From Auanema rhodensis (Eukaryota; Animalia; Nematoda): a DNA stretch of 64,000 nucleotides. A program made the position numbers and the translations under genes. Under the pieces are notes generated by a model, which ran no database searches, was not told the DNA's origin, and saw only the letters and a program-made list of their open reading frames with translations. Positions 57,301 through 64,000 of this stretch are shown here, piece after piece; position 1 is the first letter of the stretch; every line of letters starts with the position of its first letter. Location: NCBI GenBank assembly GCA_964057225.1, contig OZ059899.1:3658001-3722000 (forward strand), written 5' to 3'.

Positions 57301-60300
57301 ATACACTAATGCATCATTTTTCAAACGATCATAACTAATTTTTGTATTAAGCGTTTCTCAATGTAGTATAATGCATTCGATGCGGATTTTTAAGCTGCGT
57401 CGATCTGTGTTATCAGATTTGCGCTAGCTTAAAAATGCACCGAGATATCAACTGATATAAGTTCACACTTATATCCTCGATTTTCACCCTGAAGAAATAA
57501 TTTTTTCGTTGAATAACATTGTCCATCGTCTTTGCTTTGAAAAATGGAATCTAAAAACATCTACTTTCTGCTAAATTATTTTGAAATTTTTCGAAAAAAT
57601 TTTTGTCAAAATATTTTTGGAAGCAATGTTGAGTGTACATGGAAACTCAACATACACTAATGCATCATTTTTCAAACGATCATAACTAATTTTTGTATTA
57701 AGCGTTTCTCAATGTAGTATAGTGCATTCGATGCGGATTTTTAAGCTGCGTCGATCTGTGTTATCAGATTTGCGCTAGCTTAAAAATGCACCGAGATATC
57801 AACTGATATAAGTTCACACTTATATCCTCGATTTTCACCCTGAAGAATTTATTTTTTTGTTGAATAACATTGTCCATCGTCTTTGCCTTGAAAAATGGAA
57901 TCTTAAAACATCTACTTTTTGCTAAATTATTTTGAAATTTTTCGAAAAAATTTTTGTCAAAATGTTTTTGGAAGCAATGTTGAGTGTACATGGAAACTCA
58001 ACATACACTAATGCATCATTTTTCAAACGATCATAACTAATTTTTGTATCAAGTGTTTCTCAATGTAGTATTGTGCATTCGATGCGGATTTTTAAGCTGC
58101 GTCGATCTGTGTTATCAGATTTGCGCTAGCTTAAAAATGCACCGAGATATCAACTGATATAAGTTCACACTTATATACCCGATTTTCACCCTGAAGAATT
58201 AATTTTTTCGTTGAATAACCTTGTCCATCGTCTTTGCCTTGAAAAATGGAATCTAAAAACATCTACTTTTTGCTAAATTTTTTTGAAATTTTTCGAAAAA
58301 ATTTTTGTCAAAATGTTTTTGGAAGCAATGTTGAGTGTACATGGAAACTCAACATACACTAATGCATCATTTTTCAAACGATCATAACTAATTTTTGTAT
58401 TAGGCGTTTCTCAATGTAGTATAGTGCATTCGATGCGGATTTTTAAGCTGCGTCGATCTGTGTTATCAGATTTGCGCTAGCTTAAAAATGCACCGAGATA
58501 TCAACTGATATATGTTCACACATATATACCCGATTTTCACCCTGAAGAATTAATTTTTTCGTTGAATAACCTTGTCCATCGTCTTTGCCTTGAAAAATGG
58601 AATCTAAAAACATCTACTTTTTGCTAAATTATTTTGAAATTTTTCGAAAAAATTTTTGTCAAAATGTTTTTGGAAGCAATGTTGAGTGTACATGGAAACT
58701 CAACATACACTAATGCATCATTTTTCAAACGATCATAACTAATTTTTGTATTAAGCGTTTCTCAATGTAGTATAATGCATTCGATGCGGATTTTTAAGCT
58801 GCGTCGATCTGTGTTATCAGATTTGCGCTAGCTTAAAAATGCACCGAGATATCAACTGATATAAGTTCACACTTATATCCTCGATTTTCACCCTGAAGAA
58901 ATAATTTTTTCGTTGAATAACATTGTCCATCGTCTTTGCTTTGAAAAATGGAATCTAAAAACATCTACTTTCTGCTAAATTATTTTGAAATTTTTCGAAA
59001 AAATTTTTGTCAAAATATTTTTGGAAGCAATGTTGAGTGTACATGGAAACTCAACATACACTAATGCATCATTTTTCAAACGATCATAACTAATTTTTGT
59101 ATTAAGCGTTTCTCAATGTAGTATAGTGCATTCGATGCGGATTTTTAAGCTGCGTCGATCTGTGTTATCAGATTTGCGCTAGCTTAAAAATGCACCGAGA
59201 TATCAACTGATATAAGTTCACACTTATATCCTCGATTTTCACCCTGAAGAATTTATTTTTTTGTTGAATAACATTGTCCATCGTCTTTGCCTTGAAAAAT
59301 GGAATCTTAAAACATCTACTTTTTGCTAAATTATTTTGAAATTTTTCGAAAAAATTTTTGTCAAAATGTTTTTGGAAGCAATGTTGAGTGTACATGGAAA
59401 CTCAACATACACTAATGCATCATTTTTCAAACGATCATAACTAATTTTTGTATCAAGTGTTTCTCAATGTAGTATTGTGCATTCGATGCGGATTTTTAAG
59501 CTGCGTCGATCTGTGTTATCAGATTTGCGCTAGCTTAAAAATGCACCGAGATATCAACTGATATAAGTTCACACTTATATCCTCGATTTTCACCCTGAAG
59601 AATTAATTTTTTCGTTGAATAACATTGTCCATCGTCTTTGCCTTGAAAAATGGAATCTTAAAACATCTACTTTTTGCTAAATTATTTTGAAATTTTTCGA
59701 AAAAATTTTTGTCAAAATGTTTTTGGAAGCAATGTTGAGTGTACATGGAAACTCAACATACACTAATGCATCATTTTTCAAACGATCATAACTAATTTTT
59801 GTATTAAGCGTTTCTCAATGTAGTATAATGCATTCGATGCGGATTTTTAAGCTGCGTCGATCTGTGTTATCAGATTTGCGCTAGCTTAAAAATGCACCGA
59901 GATATCAACTGATATAAGTTCACACTTATATCCTCGATTTTCACCCTGAAGAAATAATTTTTTCGTTGAATAACATTGTCCATCGTCTTTGCTTTGAAAA
60001 ATGGAATCTAAAAACATCTACTTTCTGCTAAATTATTTTGAAATTTTTCGAAAAAATTTTTGTCAAAATATTTTTGGAAGCAATGTTGAGTGTACATGGA
60101 AACTCAACATACACTAATGCATCATTTTTCAAACGATCATAACTAATTTTTGTATTAAGCGTTTCTCAATGTAGTATAGTGCATTCGATGCGGATTTTTA
60201 AGCTGCGTCGATCTGTGTTATCAGATTTGCGCTAGCTTAAAAATGCACCGAGATATCAACTGATATAAGTTCACACTTATATCCTCGATTTTCACCCTGA

Positions 60301-60832
60301 AGAATTTATTTTTTTGTTGAATAACATTGTCCATCGTCTTTGCCTTGAAAAATGGAATCTTAAAACATCTACTTTTTGCTAAATTATTTTGAAATTTTTC
60401 GAAAAAATTTTTGTCAAAATGTTTTTGGAAGCAATGTTGAGTGTACATGGAAACTCAACATACACTAATGCATCATTTTTCAAACGATCATAACTAATTT
60501 TTGTATCAAGTGTTTCTCAATGTAGTATTGTGCATTCGATGCGGATTTTTAAGCTGCGTCGATCTGTGTTATCAGATTTGCGCTAGCTTAAAAATGCACC
60601 GAGATATCAACTGATATAAGTTCACACTTATATCCTCGATTTTCACCCTGAAGAATTAATTTTTTCGTTGAATAACATTGTCCATCGTCTTTGCCTTGAA
60701 AAAAGGAATCTAAAAACATCTACTTTTTGCTAAATTATTTTGAAATTTTTCCAAAAAAATTTTTGTCAAAATGTTTTTGGAAGCAATGTTGAGTGTACAT
60801 GGAAACTCAACATACACTAATGCATCATTTTT
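51354..60832 (+). repeat. Forward satellite domain III with 3-mer/7-mer/14-mer higher-order structure
   Basis: Markers are TTTGCTTTG, GAATTTATTTTTTTG, TCTTAAAA and ATCAAGTG..TATTGTG. ORF copies at 51796/52849/54253 recur at 56711/57764/59168 (+4915 = 14x351+1). Confidence 0.88.
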
Positions 60833-63800
60833 CAAACGATCATAACTAATTTTTGTATCAAGCTTTTCTTAATGTAGTATTGTGCATTCGATCCGGATTT
60901 TTAAGCTGCGTCGATCTGTGTTATCAGATTTGCGCTAGCTTAAAAATGCACCGAGATATCAACTGATATAAGTTCACACTTATATCCTCGATTTTCACCC
61001 TGAAGAAATAATTTTTTCGTTAAATAACATTGTCCATCGTCTTTGCCTTGAAAAAAGGAATCTAAAAACATCTACTTTTTGCTAAATTATTTTGAAATTT
61101 TTCGAAAAAATTTTTGTCAAAATGTTTTTGGAAGCAATGTTGAGTGTACATGGAAACTCAACATACACTAATGCATCATTTTTCAAACGATCATAACTAA
61201 TTTTTGTATCAAGCTTTTCTTAATGTAGTATTGTGCATTCGATCCGGATTTTTAAGCTGCGTCGATCTGTGTTATCAGATTTGCGCTAGCTTAAAAATGC
61301 ACCGAGATATCAACTGATATAAGTTCACACTTATATCCTCGATTTTCACCCTGAAGAAATAATTTTTTCGTTGAATAACATTGTCCATCGTCTTTGCCTT
61401 GAAAAATGGAATCTAAAAACATCTACTTTTTGCTAAATTATTTTGAAATTTTTCGAAAAAATTTTTGTCAAAATGTTTTTGGAAGCAATGTTGAGTGTAC
61501 ATGGAAACTCAACATACACTAATGCATCATTTTTCAAACGATCATAACTAATTTTTGTATCAAGCGTTTCTCAATGTAGTATAGTGCATTCGATGCGGAT
61601 TTTTAAGCTGCGTCGATCTGTGTTATCAGATTTGCGCTAGCTTGAAAATGCACCGAGATATCAACTGATATAAGTTCACACTTATATCCTCGATTTTCAC
61701 CCTGAAGAATTAATTTTTTCGTTGAATGACATTGTCCATCGTCTTTGCCTTGAAAAATGGAATCTTAAAACATCTACTTTTTGCTAAATTATTTTGAAAT
61801 TTTTCGAAAAAATTTTTGTCAAAATGTTTTTGGAAGCAATGTTGAGTGTACATGGAAACTCAACATACACTAATGCATCATTTTTCAAACGATCATAACT
61901 AATTTTTGTATCAAGCGTTTCTTAATGTAGTATTGTGCATTCGATCCGGATTTTTAAGCTGCGTCGATCTGTGTTATCAGATTTGCGCTAGCTTAAAAAT
62001 GCACCGAGATATCAACTGATATAAGTTCACACTTATATCCTCGATTTTCACCCTGAAGAAATAATTTTTTCGTTGAATAACATTGTCCATCGTCTTTGCC
62101 TTGAAAAATGGAATCTTAAAACATCTACTTTTCGCTAAATTATTTTGAAATTTTTCGAAAAAATTTTTGTCAAAATGTTTTTGGAAGCAATGTTGAGTGT
62201 ACATGGAAACTCAACATACACTAATGCATCATTTTTCAAACGATCATAACTAATTTTTGTATTAAGCGTTTCTCAATGTAGTATAGTGCATTCGATGCGG
62301 ATTTTTAAGCTGCGTCGATCTGTGTTATCAGATTTGCGCTAGCTTAAAAATGCACCGAGATATCAACTGATATAAGTTCACACTTATATCCTCGATTTTC
62401 ACCCTGAAGAAATAATTTTTTCGTTGAATAACATTGTCCATCGTCTTTGCCTTGAAAAATGGAATCTTAAAACATCTACTTTTTGCTAAATTATTTTGAA
62501 ATTTTTCGAAAAAATTTTTGTCAAAATGTTTTTGGAAGCAATGTTGAGTGTACATGGAAACTCAACATACACTAATGCATCATTTTTCAAACGATCATAA
62601 CTAATTTTTGTATTAAGCGTTTCTCAATGTAGTATAGTGCATTCGATGCGGATTTTTAAGCTGCGTCGATCTGTGTTATCAGATTTGCGCTAGCTTAAAA
62701 ATGCACCGAGATATCAACTGATATAAGTTCACACTTATATCCTCGATTTTCACCCTGAAGAATTAATTTTTTCGTTGAATAACATTGTCCATCGTCTTTG
62801 CCTTGAAAAATGGAATCTTAAAACATCTACTTTTTGCTAAATTATTTTGAAATTTTTCGAAAAAATTTTTGTCAAAATGTTTTTGGAAGCAATGTTGAGT
62901 GTACATGGAAACTCAACATACACTAATGCATCATTTTTCAAACGATCATAACTAATTTTTGTATCAAGCGTTTCTTAATGTAGTATTGTGCATTCGATCC
63001 GGATTTTTAATCTGCGTCGATCTGTGTTATCAGATTTGCGCTAGCTTAAAAATGCACCGAGATATCAACTGATATAAGTTCACACTTATATCCTCGATTT
63101 TCACCCTGAAGAAATAATTTTTTCGTTGAATAACATTGTCCATCGTCTTTGCCTTGAAAAAAGGAATCTAAAAACATCTACTTTTTGCTAAATTATTTTG
63201 AAATTTTTCGAAAAAATTTTTGTCAAAATGTTTTTGGAAGCAATGTTGAGTGTACATGGAAACTCAACATACACTAATGCATCATTTTTCAAACGATCAT
63301 AACTAATTTTTGTATTAAGCGTTTCTCAATGTAGTATAGTGCATTCGATGCGGATTTTTAAGCTGCGTCGATCTGTGTTATCAGATTTGCGCTAGCTTAA
63401 AAATGCACCGAGATATCAACTGATATAAGTTCACACTTATATCCTCGATTTTCACCCTGAAGAAATAATTTTTTCGTTGAATAACATTGTCCATCGTCTT
63501 TGCCTTGAAAAAAGGAATCTAAAAACATCTACGTTTTGCTAAATTATTTTGAAATTTTTCGAAAAAATTTTTGTCAAAATGTTTTTGGAAGCAATGTTGA
63601 GTGTACATGGAAACTCAACATACACTAATGCATCATTTTTCAAACGATCATAACTAATTTTTGTATTAAGCGTTTCTCAATGTAGTATAGTGCATTCGAT
63701 GCGGATTTTTAAGCTGCGTCGATCTGTGTTATCAGATTTGCGCTAGCTTAAAAATGCACCGAGATATCAACTGATATAAGTTCACACTTATATCCTCGAT

Positions 63801-64000
63801 TTTCACCCTGAAGAAATAATTTTTTCGTTGAATAACATTGTCCATCGTCTTTGCCTTGAAAAATGGAATCTTAAAACATCTACTTTTTGCTAAATTATTT
63901 TGAAATTTTTCGAAAAAATTTTTGTCAAAATGTTTTTGGAAGCAATGTTGAGTGTACATGGAAACTCAACATACACTAATGCATCATTTTTCAAACGATC
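60833..64000 (+). repeat. Terminal subdomain enriched in GATCCGG / CTTAATG variant monomers
   Basis: TTCGATCCGG with TCTTAATG occurs at ~60892, 61244, 61946 and 62999. All monomers carry the CTTATATCCTCG haplotype. The array continues past the window edge. Confidence 0.75.

Larger units (their letters stand above)
1..64000. repeat. Satellite DNA array, 351-bp monomer, ~182 copies (heterochromatic/centromere-like)
   Basis: Monomer start CAAACGATCATAACT recurs at 1, 352, 703 ... 7021 (1+20x351). There is no unique sequence anywhere in the window. Hand count of one monomer gives 112/351 G+C. Confidence 0.99.

Noticed and set aside
800-63959. 73-75 aa ORFs (MYTQHCFQ...) repeated 14 times
   Set aside because: They are open only in monomers where two stop-removing variants co-occur. 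Most copies have in-frame stops. The K/F/N-rich composition reflects the A/T tracts, and there is no recognisable domain.
1-64000. CRISPR array, rDNA/5S/tRNA/snRNA tandem cluster, or telomeric repeat
   Set aside because: There are no unique spacers, no recognisable structural-RNA or Pol III motifs, and no short G-rich unit.

Overview
The whole 64-kb window is one eukaryotic satellite-DNA array of about 182 copies of a 351-bp, AT-rich monomer (hand count ~32% GC). Copies usually differ at only a few positions. I found no credible genes, RNA genes, CRISPR or transposase; the listed ORFs are chance read-throughs of the repeat. The interest lies in the architecture. (1) A 7,805-bp block (7584-15388; 77 bp + 22 monomers + 6 bp) is inverted. 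Its two junctions have 1-2 bp microhomology and are not reciprocal, and they leave an apparent 31-bp direct duplication on the flanks. (2) The inverted block carries the same ordered monomer variants as the left flank, forming a multi-kb inverted repeat, but it also has private SNPs. (3) The array is split into variant domains with their own higher-order repeats (HORs): an 8-mer on the left, 3/7-mers in the inversion, 6/10-mers plus a ~5.6-kb duplication at 15,439 bp offset in the middle, and 3/7/14-mers on the right. (4) The monomer contains a degenerate ~125-bp palindrome and a well-conserved 9-bp hairpin, hinting at a foldback/MITE-like origin. The species and any centromeric role cannot be established from the sequence alone.
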